From: an uncultured bacterium
Lineage (GTDB): Bacteria > Zixibacteria > MSB-5A5 > GN15 > FEB-12
NCBI GenBank assembly: GCA_965372795.1
Contig: CBDVDR010000023.1
Span: 1-44,955 of the forward strand
Reading direction: 5' to 3'
Length of the DNA stretch: 44,955 nucleotides
In this document: one piece after another, positions 19,505 to 29,873 of the stretch
How positions within the stretch are numbered: the first letter of the stretch is position 1
How the letters are laid out: every line of letters begins with the position of its first letter
Made by a program: the position numbers and the translations under genes
Notes under the pieces: generated by a model
Database searches by the model: none
Told to the model about the DNA's origin: nothing
What the model saw: the letters and a program-made list of their open reading frames with translations, nothing else

Positions 19505-20346
19505 TATTTTTTCCACATAAATCGGAGAAGATTCGCAACTGTGGATTGAAGTTCTTTGCGATGAACAATACTGTCGACAAATCCTTTTGAAAGGAAAAAT
19601 TCAGTTGATTGAAAACCTTCCGGCAAAGCCTGACCGATTGTTTGCTGGATCACTCGTGGTCCGGCAAAGCCTAAAAGAGCTTTCGGTTCAGCAATGATAA
19701 TATCGCCCAAGGAAGCGTATGATGCCATTACTCCGGCAGTGGTTGGATTGGTCAAAATAGAAATATATGGAATTTTTTTCCCGGCTAAAACAGCAAGTAA
19801 ACCGGAGGTTTTTGCCATCTGCATCAGCGATAAAATCCCCTCCTGCATTCTGGCGCCTCCTGAACAGGAAACAATAATTAATGGAACTTCATTGTCAATA
19901 GACCGTTCAATTGCCCGGGCAATTTTTTCACCGACAACCGACCCCATGGATCCACCGATAAAAGCAAAATTCATAATGGCAAATGAAACATCAATTCCGT
20001 CAATTTTACCTAATCCGGAAATTACACCCTCTTTTTCACCGGTTTTCTGCTGAGCTATTTTGATCCGATCGGTGTATTTTTTGGAATCCTTAAATTTTAA
20101 CGGATCTTTAGAGGTCAGGTCTAAATCATACAAATCAAGTTTCCCGTTATCCAAAAGCAAATTGATATATTTCTGACTCGAAATTCTAAAATGATAGTTA
20201 CAGCTTGGACAGACCCAAAGAAGCTCTTCCATTTTTTTGCTATATACAATTTCACCGCAGGAATTACATTTGGTCCATAACCCTTCGGGAATATTTTTCT
20301 TTTCTTTGGCTTCTATGCCCGGTTTTGATTTTCTAAACCATTCCAT
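19504..20346 (-). CDS. accD: Acetyl-CoA carboxylase carboxyltransferase beta subunit
   Basis: C4 zinc finger (WTKCNSC...CPSC), GGSMGSVVGEK, SGGARMQEG, FAGPRVI; accD-folC adjacency. Confidence 0.98.
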   Translation of the reverse strand: MEWFRKSKPGIEAKEKKNIPEGLWTKCNSCGEIVYSKKMEELLWVCPSCNYHFRISSQKYINLLLDNGKLDLYDLDLTSKDPLKFKDSKKYTDRIKIAQQKTGEKEGVISGLGKIDGIDVSFAIMNFAFIGGSMGSVVGEKIARAIERSIDNEVPLIIVSCSGGARMQEGILSLMQMAKTSGLLAVLAGKKIPYISILTNPTTAGVMASYASLGDIIIAEPKALLGFAGPRVIQQTIGQALPEGFQSTEFFLSKGFVDSIVHRKELQSTVANLLRFMWKK

Positions 20347-20361
20347 TTATTTATTTACCCT

Positions 20362-20835
20362 CTAATCTTCAAAATAAAAAACCATTACCAAAGCATCCTC
20401 AACCGGATTACTGTAATACTTTGGTCTTTGATACAATACCTTAAAATTGTGTTTCTCATAAAATTTAATCGCCTCCAAATTGCTGGGGCGAACTTCTAAA
20501 AGAATAAACTCACAATTTTCATCTTTCCCGACCTGTAAAATAGTGTCCAGAAGTTGTTTAGCAACCAATTTTCTTCGATAGTTAGGCACTACGGCAATAT
20601 TAGTTAAGTGCTGTTCACTCGCAACTGTCATAAAACAGGCATAACCTATTATCTCACCATCAGTTTCAGCAACAATCCCGCCCCAGCCATCCACGCTCAA
20701 CTGATCCTCAAAGGCTGATCTGGGCCAGGAGTCAGGAAAAATATCCTTCTCAAGGGCTGTAATTACATCTAAATCTTTGTGAGACATACCTCTGATCATA
20801 ATTGACCGGGTACTATTTTTTGAACCGTCGGTCAA
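20362..20835 (-). CDS. rimI: Ribosomal protein alanine N-acetyltransferase
   Basis: GNAT motifs NIAV.P.YRR, LEVRPSN..A..FY, YY..PVEDALVM; follows tsaB. Confidence 0.92.
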   Translation of the reverse strand: MTDGSKNSTRSIMIRGMSHKDLDVITALEKDIFPDSWPRSAFEDQLSVDGWGGIVAETDGEIIGYACFMTVASEQHLTNIAVVPNYRRKLVAKQLLDTILQVGKDENCEFILLEVRPSNLEAIKFYEKHNFKVLYQRPKYYSNPVEDALVMVFYFED

Positions 20836-21499
20836 AATTAATCTCCGCTTGCGATTTTTTTATATAAAGAGGTTCCAATTCGGCAATATCAGAAAAATCG
20901 TTTTTCTGCAATTTCTCCATTCCAAGATAGAGAAGTTCACTGGCATCATATTCAATTATTTCAATCGGAAGCTCGACGGATAGTTCAACAAGGGTTGATG
21001 TGGCATCGAATCCGATTGCGGCAAGTTGTCTATTCTCTGAATATGAAAGAATATCTTCGGCTTTTATAATTTCAACTTTTGAAATATCCAATCCATCAGC
21101 TGATAATTGTGTTATAAAAAATTCATTTCTGATAAAGGGAACGATCAAATGATAATTTTCTAATGAATCCTTTAGCTTCAACATCGCAATTTCAAACAGA
21201 CTCACATCAACAACTGGAATTTTCCTTACTACGGCAATGCCTTTGACCGCCGAAAGAGCGATTCTTAATCCGGTAAATGATCCGGGACCAACACAAACGA
21301 CCAACGCTTCGACCTCTTCCAATGAAAGATCAGCCGAGCCTAATAGATTTTGAATTTTACGAACAAGCATCTGACCATGCGAGTTGTCGACTTCATCATT
21401 TGATTTAATCAAACGATCTCCGCCGAACTGAAGTCCAAGTCGCAGCATTTTTGTCGAGGTATCAATAGCTAATATATTATCAAACATAAATTCACTCAT
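20813..21499 (-). CDS. tsaB: t6A biosynthesis protein TsaB
   Basis: ILAIDTS, GPGSFTGLRI, LEPLYI. Confidence 0.93.
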   Translation of the reverse strand: MSEFMFDNILAIDTSTKMLRLGLQFGGDRLIKSNDEVDNSHGQMLVRKIQNLLGSADLSLEEVEALVVCVGPGSFTGLRIALSAVKGIAVVRKIPVVDVSLFEIAMLKLKDSLENYHLIVPFIRNEFFITQLSADGLDISKVEIIKAEDILSYSENRQLAAIGFDATSTLVELSVELPIEIIEYDASELLYLGMEKLQKNDFSDIAELEPLYIKKSQAEINFDRRFKK

Positions 21500-21930
21500 G
21501 AATGCACCAGCGATATTGTAATTGATCTTTCTTTTTCATTTAGCAATTCAAATTCAATCAAATAATATTTTTCAGGTAAATATTTGTCAGCTTTTTCACC
21601 CCATTCAACTACTATCAACGCATTTCTATTCAAATATTCATCCCACCCAATTTCATATAATTCCGATGGGTCTTGAATACGATATAAGTCAAAATGGTAT
21701 AATGGTTTTTCTCCCGGATACTCATTGACAATTGTATAGGATGGCGAATTTATCATATCCCCATCATGACCCAGCCCAATGGCTAAGCCTCTTACAAAAA
21801 CAGTTTTCCCGGCTCCAAGAGTTCCCTTTAAAACGATCAAATCTCCCGGCAAAAATGAATTCGCCAATTTCTGAGCTAACTGGATCGTCTCGTCTTCTGA
21901 ATGTGATGTAACTTCAATAACTTTATTCAA
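21496..21930 (-). CDS. tsaE: t6A biosynthesis ATPase TsaE
   Basis: GTLGAGKT, SPSYTIVNEY, HFDLYR, VEW. Confidence 0.96.
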   Translation of the reverse strand: MNKVIEVTSHSEDETIQLAQKLANSFLPGDLIVLKGTLGAGKTVFVRGLAIGLGHDGDMINSPSYTIVNEYPGEKPLYHFDLYRIQDPSELYEIGWDEYLNRNALIVVEWGEKADKYLPEKYYLIEFELLNEKERSITISLVHS

Positions 21931-21934
21931 TTTA

Positions 21935-23491
21935 TCACTTCGGATTTAAAGTTGCAATTGGCACGACCATTTCCTCTAAAGATATCCCTCCATGCTGGAA
22001 TGAATTTTGGAACTGTCGCACCATCTCATTATAGTTATTAGGATAAACAAAATAAAAGTCTTCTTTGGCAAGGATATAAGTCGTTGCCATATTTAACATA
22101 GGTAACCGCCATTGTTCCGGTTTCTTAATCAGAATTGATTCCTTTTGGTCACTATTTAAATTATCACCATATTTATATCGCAAATTAGTCGAAGTGTCCC
22201 GTTTACCATGAGCCATCGTTCCACGTTTACACAAGATAGAGCCATGATCGGTGGTTATAATAATTGTGTAATCACGAGATGAGAAGCTTTTTAAAATCGA
22301 GAAAAATGGTGAATGAATAAACCAGCTTTTCATTAATGAACGAAACGCAGATTCAGTTCCGGCGATCTCTTTTAGAATAACATTATTTGAACGTCCATGA
22401 GCAAGAATATCTAAAAAGTTAAAGACCATTGTGACCAATGAAAGATCAAATAAATCAGAAACTCTTTTTGAAATCACTTCAGCAGCAGAATTGTTATAAA
22501 ATTTAAAATATTTTGCCGATTTCTCAAGCCGTAATCCATTTCGAGCGAGATTGTCATTTAAAAATTGTTCTTCATTGCGATTCAAAGAACCATCATCAGA
22601 AGTGTAGTTATCAGGGTATAAACGATGGATATCATCCGGGAACATCCCGGCAAAAAGGGCATTCCTTGAAAAAGGTGTCGCGCTTGGCAAAGTTGAATAA
22701 TAATAATCTCGTTCAATATTATAATATTCCGATATCAACGGTTCAATTAGCATCCATTGATCCAGCCGCATACAATCAACAACTATAAAAAGCACTTTCT
22801 TTTTCTGTTTTAACTTCGGAATTACATATTTTGAAGTTACATCGGGTGATAACAGAGGTCGTTTATCAGATTTGAGCCAATTTGTATAATTAGATTCTAT
22901 ATATTTAGTAAATTCACGATTCCATTCCTTGCGGCTTCCATCCAAAGTTTGTTCAAGCCCGACATCATTATTCGCATCCAACTCAAGATTCCAGGTTGCA
23001 AGAATCCTGGCGGCTTCATACCAATCTTCAGGTTCCATCTGGCCGTATAATTTTTCACCAAACTTACGGATTTCAGCTATATACCTTTTCATCGAAGACC
23101 CGCTGATTATTTTCCTGGAATCCAACAACCGTTTAATCACCAATAATATCTGAGAGGGATTGACAGGTTTGACCAGATAATCATCAATCTTCTGACCGAT
23201 TGCATCTTCCATCAAAGATTCTTCTTCTGACTTTGTAACCATAACCACCGGCATATGAGGGCGAATTTCCTTCATCTCCTCAAGAGTCGCAAGTCCGTCT
23301 TTTCCCGGCATCATTTCATCAAGGAGCACCAGATCATATTCCCGTTTCCCAACCAGCACAATGCCATCATCTCCCGACATCGCCGTATCAACTTCAAATC
23401 CTTTTTTCTCAAGAAAAACAATATGCGATTTTAAGGCATCAATCTGATCGTCTACCCATAATAATTTTCTTTTGTCAATTTCTTTTGCCAT
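21935..23491 (-). CDS. PorX-family response regulator (REC + PglZ/alkaline-phosphatase-like domain)
   Basis: LWVDD, LLDEMMPG, MVTKSEEE, DYLVKPVNPSQILL; then DCMRLDQW, LPSATPFSRNALFAG, TTDHG, FQHGGISLEEM; 518 aa; directly upstream of tsaE. Confidence 0.88.
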   Translation of the reverse strand: MAKEIDKRKLLWVDDQIDALKSHIVFLEKKGFEVDTAMSGDDGIVLVGKREYDLVLLDEMMPGKDGLATLEEMKEIRPHMPVVMVTKSEEESLMEDAIGQKIDDYLVKPVNPSQILLVIKRLLDSRKIISGSSMKRYIAEIRKFGEKLYGQMEPEDWYEAARILATWNLELDANNDVGLEQTLDGSRKEWNREFTKYIESNYTNWLKSDKRPLLSPDVTSKYVIPKLKQKKKVLFIVVDCMRLDQWMLIEPLISEYYNIERDYYYSTLPSATPFSRNALFAGMFPDDIHRLYPDNYTSDDGSLNRNEEQFLNDNLARNGLRLEKSAKYFKFYNNSAAEVISKRVSDLFDLSLVTMVFNFLDILAHGRSNNVILKEIAGTESAFRSLMKSWFIHSPFFSILKSFSSRDYTIIITTDHGSILCKRGTMAHGKRDTSTNLRYKYGDNLNSDQKESILIKKPEQWRLPMLNMATTYILAKEDFYFVYPNNYNEMVRQFQNSFQHGGISLEEMVVPIATLNPK

Positions 23492-23519
23492 TTATATACC
23501 TTTTTGTAATTCTACAATA

Positions 23520-24791
23520 CTATTCGTTAAGATGTAAGGGTAGTTGAATCTCAAAAATTGTTTCACCCGGTTTTGATTTTTTGAGAAAAATTCTACCGCC
23601 ATGATACTCTTCAACAATCCTTTTAACCAGTGTCAGACCTAAACCCCAACCTCTTTTCTTAGTTGTAAATCCGGCTCTGAAAATTTTCCTGGATGCTACC
23701 GGTGAAATCCCCTGACCGTTATCAATTATTTCGATAACAGCTAATTTTTTAAGATCATCAATTGATGATCTTAAAAGTACATTTCCTTTTTTAGAATCAA
23801 CTGTCTGTAAAGCATTTTTAATCAAATTTTCAAGCACCCATCCAAAAAGCTCGGTATTAATGCCCACTTCGGCTGCTGTCTGAGATTCAAAATTAATCTG
23901 AACGCCCTTCCCTTCAAATGGAATTCTTCTCCGGTAATAAACGACAGTATCTTCGATTAGTTTATTAATATCACACGGCTTTAATTCCGGTACCGAACCA
24001 ATCAGTCCAAAACGATTTGCTATTTTCTCAAGCCGGCTGACATCCACCTTCATATTATCAACCGTCTCTTTGTCTACTTCTGCAGATTCATTATGATTAT
24101 CTTCCTGGTCAGCGGCTATAACCTCAAGCCATCCCATCAATGAAGAAATCGGAGTCCCCAGTTGGTGAGCTGTTTCTTTGGCCATCCCGACCCAGATATG
24201 ACGTTCCTCACTTTGTCGAATATTTTGAAAACCGATAAAAGCTAAGATTAAAAATGCGAGGAGGATACCGATCTCAACAAAGGGCATCATTTTCAATTGG
24301 TTGATAACATCTGAATCCCCGTAACAAAAATAATTTACAAATACGGCACCATCGGCTTCTTCATCACCGAAGTATAAAGGAAATTCCCCATGCTTTTCAA
24401 CCATCTCTTCAGCGACTTCTTTTAAATATTGCAGAGTCTGTGAGGTAGTGTCATTAATTTCAATTCCTTCAATATTGCGCCAATGAATTGGTTGATGATC
24501 CTGATTAAGCACAACTATCGGGAAAGTTGCTTTCACAATTATTTCATCAAAAATAAACTGAAGTTCTTTGCTGTCTGATGATGGTGAGTTGGCAGCGAGC
24601 TGCCACATCTTTACATACTTAGTCACCTGAGAGCGCATATCTACTTTTAGCTTATCAATCACATTAAAAGTATACCAGACAAAAATCGCTGAAATCAACG
24701 CAATCCCAATAAGCAACAGCAGTTTAAATATTGTTGATTTGTTGATATAGAGCCGGACATCAGTCTGACTTATTTTTGATTTATAAGCCAT
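23520..24791 (-). CDS. Membrane-bound sensor histidine kinase
   Basis: Two TM helices around a periplasmic loop; WVGMAKETAHQLGTPISSL H-box; ENLIKNA, DNGQGI, GFTTKKRGWGLGL. Confidence 0.93.
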   Translation of the reverse strand: MAYKSKISQTDVRLYINKSTIFKLLLLIGIALISAIFVWYTFNVIDKLKVDMRSQVTKYVKMWQLAANSPSSDSKELQFIFDEIIVKATFPIVVLNQDHQPIHWRNIEGIEINDTTSQTLQYLKEVAEEMVEKHGEFPLYFGDEEADGAVFVNYFCYGDSDVINQLKMMPFVEIGILLAFLILAFIGFQNIRQSEERHIWVGMAKETAHQLGTPISSLMGWLEVIAADQEDNHNESAEVDKETVDNMKVDVSRLEKIANRFGLIGSVPELKPCDINKLIEDTVVYYRRRIPFEGKGVQINFESQTAAEVGINTELFGWVLENLIKNALQTVDSKKGNVLLRSSIDDLKKLAVIEIIDNGQGISPVASRKIFRAGFTTKKRGWGLGLTLVKRIVEEYHGGRIFLKKSKPGETIFEIQLPLHLNE

Positions 24792-26053
24792 TATCCTATT
24801 TTTTCCACTCCACCCATATAAGGCTTAAGAACTTCCGGAACAGTAATTGAACCGTCAGCATTCTGATAATTTTCCATGATGGCTGCCAGAAGTCTCGGAA
24901 GAGCAAGTCCGGAACCATTCAAAGTATGAGGAAATTTGACTTTCTTTTCATCATCGCGAAAACGGCAATTCATTCGCCTTGCTTGAAAATCTTCAAAATT
25001 TGAGACTGACGAAATTTCCAAATATCTTCCCAATCCGGCTGACCAGATTTCAATATCAAAACATTTTGCGGCTGCAAAAGAAAGATCACCACTGGCTAAA
25101 GTACAAATCCGGTAAGGAATTTCTAAGCCTTGTACAATTATTTCTGCTTGTTCAACAAGTTTATCAAGTTCATCGTATGAAGTTTCAGGATCAACAATTT
25201 TGACCATCTCAACTTTTTCAAACTGATGAACTCTGATTAATCCGCGAGTATCCTTTCCGGCAGCACCGGCTTCACGACGGAAACAAGGAGAATATCCAAC
25301 CATCTTTATTGGAAGTTGCTTATAATCGATAATTTCCTGTTTGTAATAATTTGTAATCGAAACTTCTGCTGTCGGAACAAGATACATATTATCTTCTGTG
25401 GTTTTATACATATCGTCTTCAAGTTTCGGAAGCTGTCCGGTACCAAACATGGTCTCTTCTAAAACTATAAACGGAGTTGTCATTTCCGTAAAACCTGATT
25501 CGATATGAGTATCAAGCATATAATTGATCAAGGCTCTGTTTAATCTTGAACCTGCACCTTTGAGCAAATAAAAACCGGAACCCGAAATTTTTGACGCTGC
25601 CGCCATATCTAATATTCCAAGATTTTCGCCAATTTCCCAATGAGGCAGAACTTTAAAATCCGGCTTTTTAATTTCTCCCCATTCTTTGATCTGTTCATTA
25701 TGAGATTCATCTCCAACCGGCACAGAATCGTGAGGAATATTAGGCATCCAAATCATAATATCTTTGATTTGAACATCAAGCTCACGTAATTTAACATCGA
25801 GCTCACCAATCTGGTCGCCGATTTTTCTCATCGCCGCAATTGCATCATCGGCGCTTTCACCGGCTTTTTTCTTCTTGGCAATCTCACCCGAGGCTTTGTT
25901 TCGACTTGCTTTGAGTTGTTCTACTTTTCTTATTATCTCCCGTCGATTGTTATCCACCTCAAGAATTTTATCAATATCAGCACTGTTATTTTTCTTCGCT
26001 AAACCCTGTTTTATAAATTCCGGATTTTCCCGGATTGCTTTCATATCGTGCAT
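24791..26053 (-). CDS. serS: Serine--tRNA ligase
   Basis: GTGQLPK, LVPTAEV, CFRREAG, RVHQFEKVE, EISSVSN, HTLNGSGLA; likely start ATG 26053. Confidence 0.99.
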   Translation of the reverse strand: MHDMKAIRENPEFIKQGLAKKNNSADIDKILEVDNNRREIIRKVEQLKASRNKASGEIAKKKKAGESADDAIAAMRKIGDQIGELDVKLRELDVQIKDIMIWMPNIPHDSVPVGDESHNEQIKEWGEIKKPDFKVLPHWEIGENLGILDMAAASKISGSGFYLLKGAGSRLNRALINYMLDTHIESGFTEMTTPFIVLEETMFGTGQLPKLEDDMYKTTEDNMYLVPTAEVSITNYYKQEIIDYKQLPIKMVGYSPCFRREAGAAGKDTRGLIRVHQFEKVEMVKIVDPETSYDELDKLVEQAEIIVQGLEIPYRICTLASGDLSFAAAKCFDIEIWSAGLGRYLEISSVSNFEDFQARRMNCRFRDDEKKVKFPHTLNGSGLALPRLLAAIMENYQNADGSITVPEVLKPYMGGVEKIG

Positions 26054-26167
26054 TAGTGTTCCTGTCTTCTTATTATTATTTTTATAACCAAACTCCATCA
26101 GAGTTCCAACTATTATACCAGAAAGCCAAAACGTAGTCAATTATGACTTTAACAGAATTTAGATATT

Positions 26168-26200
26168 AAAAAAACCGGTCAGATTCATTTTGACCGGTTT
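26168..26200 (-). terminator. Intrinsic terminator after S41 peptidase gene
   Basis: AAACCGGTCA...TGACCGGTTT inverted repeat with an A run on the + strand (T run on minus). Confidence 0.75.
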
Positions 26201-26223
26201 GTACTAAGTTTTGCTATAAAATG

Positions 26224-27585
26224 CTAATTATCATTATCTGGCTTAGCTCCCCGCTTATGACCATCTATCCGACCATTATCATACATTCCGATAATTTTGA
26301 CTGATTCACCGCTCTCATTAACATCAAATTTGATCCGGAAATAATCAAGGTTTGGAACCATAAAAGTATGTTCAGCCATAGGCTTAAGCATCATTTTTGG
26401 GTTTTCACCCCTTTGATAAAACAAATTTCCGTTCTCAATTGAGATATTTCTTGGTCCGTACTGGCCGGTATATTTATTCAAATCAGATTCTTCTATTATA
26501 TATGGATTTATAGCAACCTCTTTCCCGGCAATCGCCCAGTCGAGATTAGCCGCAATATCAGGAGATTCTGTTTTCTCTCGAAGTTTTTTCAAAGCATCCA
26601 AATGAGCCACTTCAAGAGCTTGATCTGATGGAACTTCAATATGCGGTTTTATACCAACGCCTTCCCAATTGGTCTGAGTAACCGGATTTATTGCCCGACC
26701 TATTGAAACTGACGCCAAAAACCCATGTCCGGCTGAAAACCTGTTTACCGGATGAGCCCCGCCACCGGTTGTTTCACCGACGATGGTAGCTCTTTCCATA
26801 TATTTCAGATTATATGTAAACTCCTCCGCAGCAGAAAAAGTATATTTACTGGTCAGAACATAAACATCAACATCAGGCATCCTCTGTCCATTTATATATG
26901 GCAAAGTGTACCATTGAATAAAGGTATCATCCGGTCGGAAATAAAAATTGTTGAACAAAGTTCGTTCTTCAAATAAATAACTTAAAATCAACTGAATCAT
27001 CGATGGTGATCCGCCGCCGTTTTGCCTGAGATCAAAAATTATCGCATTTGTATTAGCCAAAAATGACATTGCCGCCTGAGCCGTTGATCCGGCATATTCC
27101 GCAGGATTGAACCCTCTTAGGTCAAGATACCCAATGTTCCCCTGTAAAATCTCAAGCTTTTTAAAACCAAAATTACTTTGCTTGGCTTCAAGGAAGTACA
27201 ATGAATCATTATCATCATCATTCTTCTCTGCCTCATCAAACATCTTAGCCATTTCAGGATCATACCTAACTCCAAGGTGCCCATCATCTACGACTGCGTG
27301 AATATCCTCATCAAGCTGACTGGCAAAATCAGGAGCTTCATTTATTTTATCATATTTTTTCTTCTTTAGATTCTTTTTGAGCATCTCAGCCATTTTTTTC
27401 CCTTTTTCAGGGTAGACATAATTATTAAGAAGCAAGGCTGCCACACTGTCGACAACTGCTTTTTTAACCTCGGCTGATACCGGTACCGGACCATCAGCAA
27501 CCACAACCCGCCTTTGTGCAAAAGCAGTTGAACCGGCAAAACATACTAAAAACAATAGCAAAATTATTCTTTTAAAATTCATCAT
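26224..27585 (-). CDS. Secreted S41-family peptidase (IRBP-like)
   Basis: Signal peptide; NIGYL, IFDLRQNGGG, TFSAAEEF, VGETTGGG, WEGVGIKP. Confidence 0.9.
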   Translation of the reverse strand: MMNFKRIILLLFLVCFAGSTAFAQRRVVVADGPVPVSAEVKKAVVDSVAALLLNNYVYPEKGKKMAEMLKKNLKKKKYDKINEAPDFASQLDEDIHAVVDDGHLGVRYDPEMAKMFDEAEKNDDDNDSLYFLEAKQSNFGFKKLEILQGNIGYLDLRGFNPAEYAGSTAQAAMSFLANTNAIIFDLRQNGGGSPSMIQLILSYLFEERTLFNNFYFRPDDTFIQWYTLPYINGQRMPDVDVYVLTSKYTFSAAEEFTYNLKYMERATIVGETTGGGAHPVNRFSAGHGFLASVSIGRAINPVTQTNWEGVGIKPHIEVPSDQALEVAHLDALKKLREKTESPDIAANLDWAIAGKEVAINPYIIEESDLNKYTGQYGPRNISIENGNLFYQRGENPKMMLKPMAEHTFMVPNLDYFRIKFDVNESGESVKIIGMYDNGRIDGHKRGAKPDNDN

Positions 27586-27758
27586 AGGATCCATCCTTAT
27601 ATTATGACTGAGACGATTATTAAAATTATTATAAAATTATATACATTAAGGTTCGCATCTGAATTATGTAAACACCCAGTCTATATAATTTTGAAATAAT
27701 CACTCTAATAATTAGTGTCTGAATGTGATAAAAAGTAACCGAATATTTTAAATATTAA

Positions 27759-28175
27759 TCAGGAAATATTTTTACCGGCTTTTTTAAGTTCTAACATCTG
27801 GCGAATATCAACCAGATCATTATCATCAAATTTCTCTTCATTAATTATAAATGAGACGGTTTCTTTTGGAGACCCGCTAAATAATGTATTTGTTAAAAGC
27901 CGTAATGAACGTAATGTAACATCTTTCTTAGGTACAATCGGGCGGACATGAAACCCGCGTTCAATGGTTGGGACTGCTTCAAGGTAGCCTTTTTTGCGTA
28001 TGTTCGAGAGCACCGTTCTTATTGTTGTATCAGCCAGTTTTTTTGATTTCCCCACTTCTTCAATAACCTGAGCAGAGGAACATTCACCCAAATTCCAGAC
28101 AATATTCATAATTTCCATCTCAAGTTGAGATAACTCAATCAATTCTGAACTGCTCTTTTTCTTTCTTACCATCAA
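27759..28175 (-). CDS. BlaI/MecI/CopY-family repressor
   Basis: LSQLEMEIMNIVW, LADTTIRTVLSNIRKKGYL, LFSGS. Confidence 0.88.
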   Translation of the reverse strand: MMVRKKKSSSELIELSQLEMEIMNIVWNLGECSSAQVIEEVGKSKKLADTTIRTVLSNIRKKGYLEAVPTIERGFHVRPIVPKKDVTLRSLRLLTNTLFSGSPKETVSFIINEEKFDDNDLVDIRQMLELKKAGKNIS

Positions 28176-28442
28176 TTATCCCTCTTTAATTAATCTATAT
28201 GCATAGATTCTGACTACAATTTGAATACGGCATGAATTTGGGAAAGTTTCATTGAAATTTAAAGAACGCAATATCTGTTGCTGATTTGCTTGAAAACCAT
28301 TGCTCTGTCATAGTTTTTTAATATATGAACAACCTGTGATGGTTTTTTAAAAAGGGATTCCTTTTTTTTATTTTAAATTTGTATAATTTTGTATATTATC
28401 TATCGACTTGAATAATTTAAATACTTGCTACAGGAGTGATTG

Positions 28443-29855
28443 ATGACCTTAGAAAAATTAAAGAAATTTGCAAAAGATAATAAAGCTGAATTTATTGATC
28501 TGAAACTCTGTGATCTGATCGGTTTGTGGCATCATATAACTCTCCCCGTATCAGCTCTAAAAGCAGAACTTTTCAAAACCGGTGTCGGTGTGGATGGTTC
28601 TTCTCTGCCGGGCTTTTCATCAATTGAAAGAGGGGATATGCTGATCATCCCGGATCCTACAACAGTGTTCATGGATCCGTTCTTTGAACGTCCGACCATG
28701 TCCTTGCTTGGCGACATTATGGATGCCACCGGTGACATATCTCCATACTCACGAAATCCACGGAGAGTTGCAGCGGATACTGAAAAATATTTGAAAAAGA
28801 CCATCAAAGGTGCAAATGTAATTTTTGGACCGGAATTCGAATTCTATGTCTTTGATAAAGTAAATTACTATCAGGGTGCCGAGAGTGCCTTTTATGATCT
28901 TGACTCGATGGAAGCGGAATGGGGCGCCAGCCGGGATGATGAAAACCTTGGCTATAAAATCCCTCATAAAAAAGGCTACCATGCCGCTCCACCGATGGAT
29001 CGTACTTTTAATCTTCGGTCCCAGATTTCTTCGATGCTTGCCGATGTAGGAATCGGACTAAAATACCATCACCATGAAGTCGGCGGCGGCGGACAGCATG
29101 AAATTGAAATCGAGTTTGACACTATGAAAATCATGGCTGACAAGTCTATGCTGGTCAAATACATTATCAAAAATGAAGCGTTCCGGAATAAAAAATCTGC
29201 CACCTTTATGCCGAAACCGTTATTCAACGAACCCGGAAGCGGACTGCACTGCCATCAATACTTAGCTGATAAAAACGGCTCTCTCTTTTATGATAAAAAC
29301 GGACCGGCTCGATTTTCCAAAATAGGACTCTACTATATCGGCGGACTTCTAAAACATGCCGATTCACTGCTTGCCTTCACCAACCCCTCAACCAATTCGT
29401 TTAAACGACTTATCCCGGGATTTGAAGCTCCGGTTGCCGGTACCTATTCGGTTGGAAATCGAACCGCCTGTATCCGTATTCCCGGCTATCAACGTGACGA
29501 AACAACCATGCGCCTTGAGTTCCGTCCGCCGGATGGCACCATGAATACCTACCTTGCCTTTTCAGCTATGGTAATGGCGGGTCTTGACGGCATCAAAAAT
29601 AAAATCGACCCGGGCATGCCGCTCAATAAAAATCTCGATAAATTATCCAAAGAGGAACTGTCGAAGATCCACCAACTCCCGACCTCTTTGAACAAAGCCC
29701 TCAACGCCCTGGAAAATGATTATGAGTATTTGTTGCATGGCGGAGTCTTCACCGAAGATTTAATTGAGAACTGGGTGAAACTTAAACGAGCCGAAGTTGC
29801 AGAAATCAGAGTTCGTCCTACCCCTTATGAATTTGAACTCTATTACGATCTATAA
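28443..29855 (+). CDS. glnA: Glutamine synthetase type I
   Basis: DGSS, GPEFEFY, HHHEVG, ATFMPKP, GSGLHCH, NSFKRL.PGFEAP, NRTACIRIP, RLEFR, PYEFELYY. Confidence 0.98.
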   Translation: MTLEKLKKFAKDNKAEFIDLKLCDLIGLWHHITLPVSALKAELFKTGVGVDGSSLPGFSSIERGDMLIIPDPTTVFMDPFFERPTMSLLGDIMDATGDISPYSRNPRRVAADTEKYLKKTIKGANVIFGPEFEFYVFDKVNYYQGAESAFYDLDSMEAEWGASRDDENLGYKIPHKKGYHAAPPMDRTFNLRSQISSMLADVGIGLKYHHHEVGGGGQHEIEIEFDTMKIMADKSMLVKYIIKNEAFRNKKSATFMPKPLFNEPGSGLHCHQYLADKNGSLFYDKNGPARFSKIGLYYIGGLLKHADSLLAFTNPSTNSFKRLIPGFEAPVAGTYSVGNRTACIRIPGYQRDETTMRLEFRPPDGTMNTYLAFSAMVMAGLDGIKNKIDPGMPLNKNLDKLSKEELSKIHQLPTSLNKALNALENDYEYLLHGGVFTEDLIENWVKLKRAEVAEIRVRPTPYEFELYYDL

Positions 29856-29873
29856 ATAATTGTCGTTTACTAT

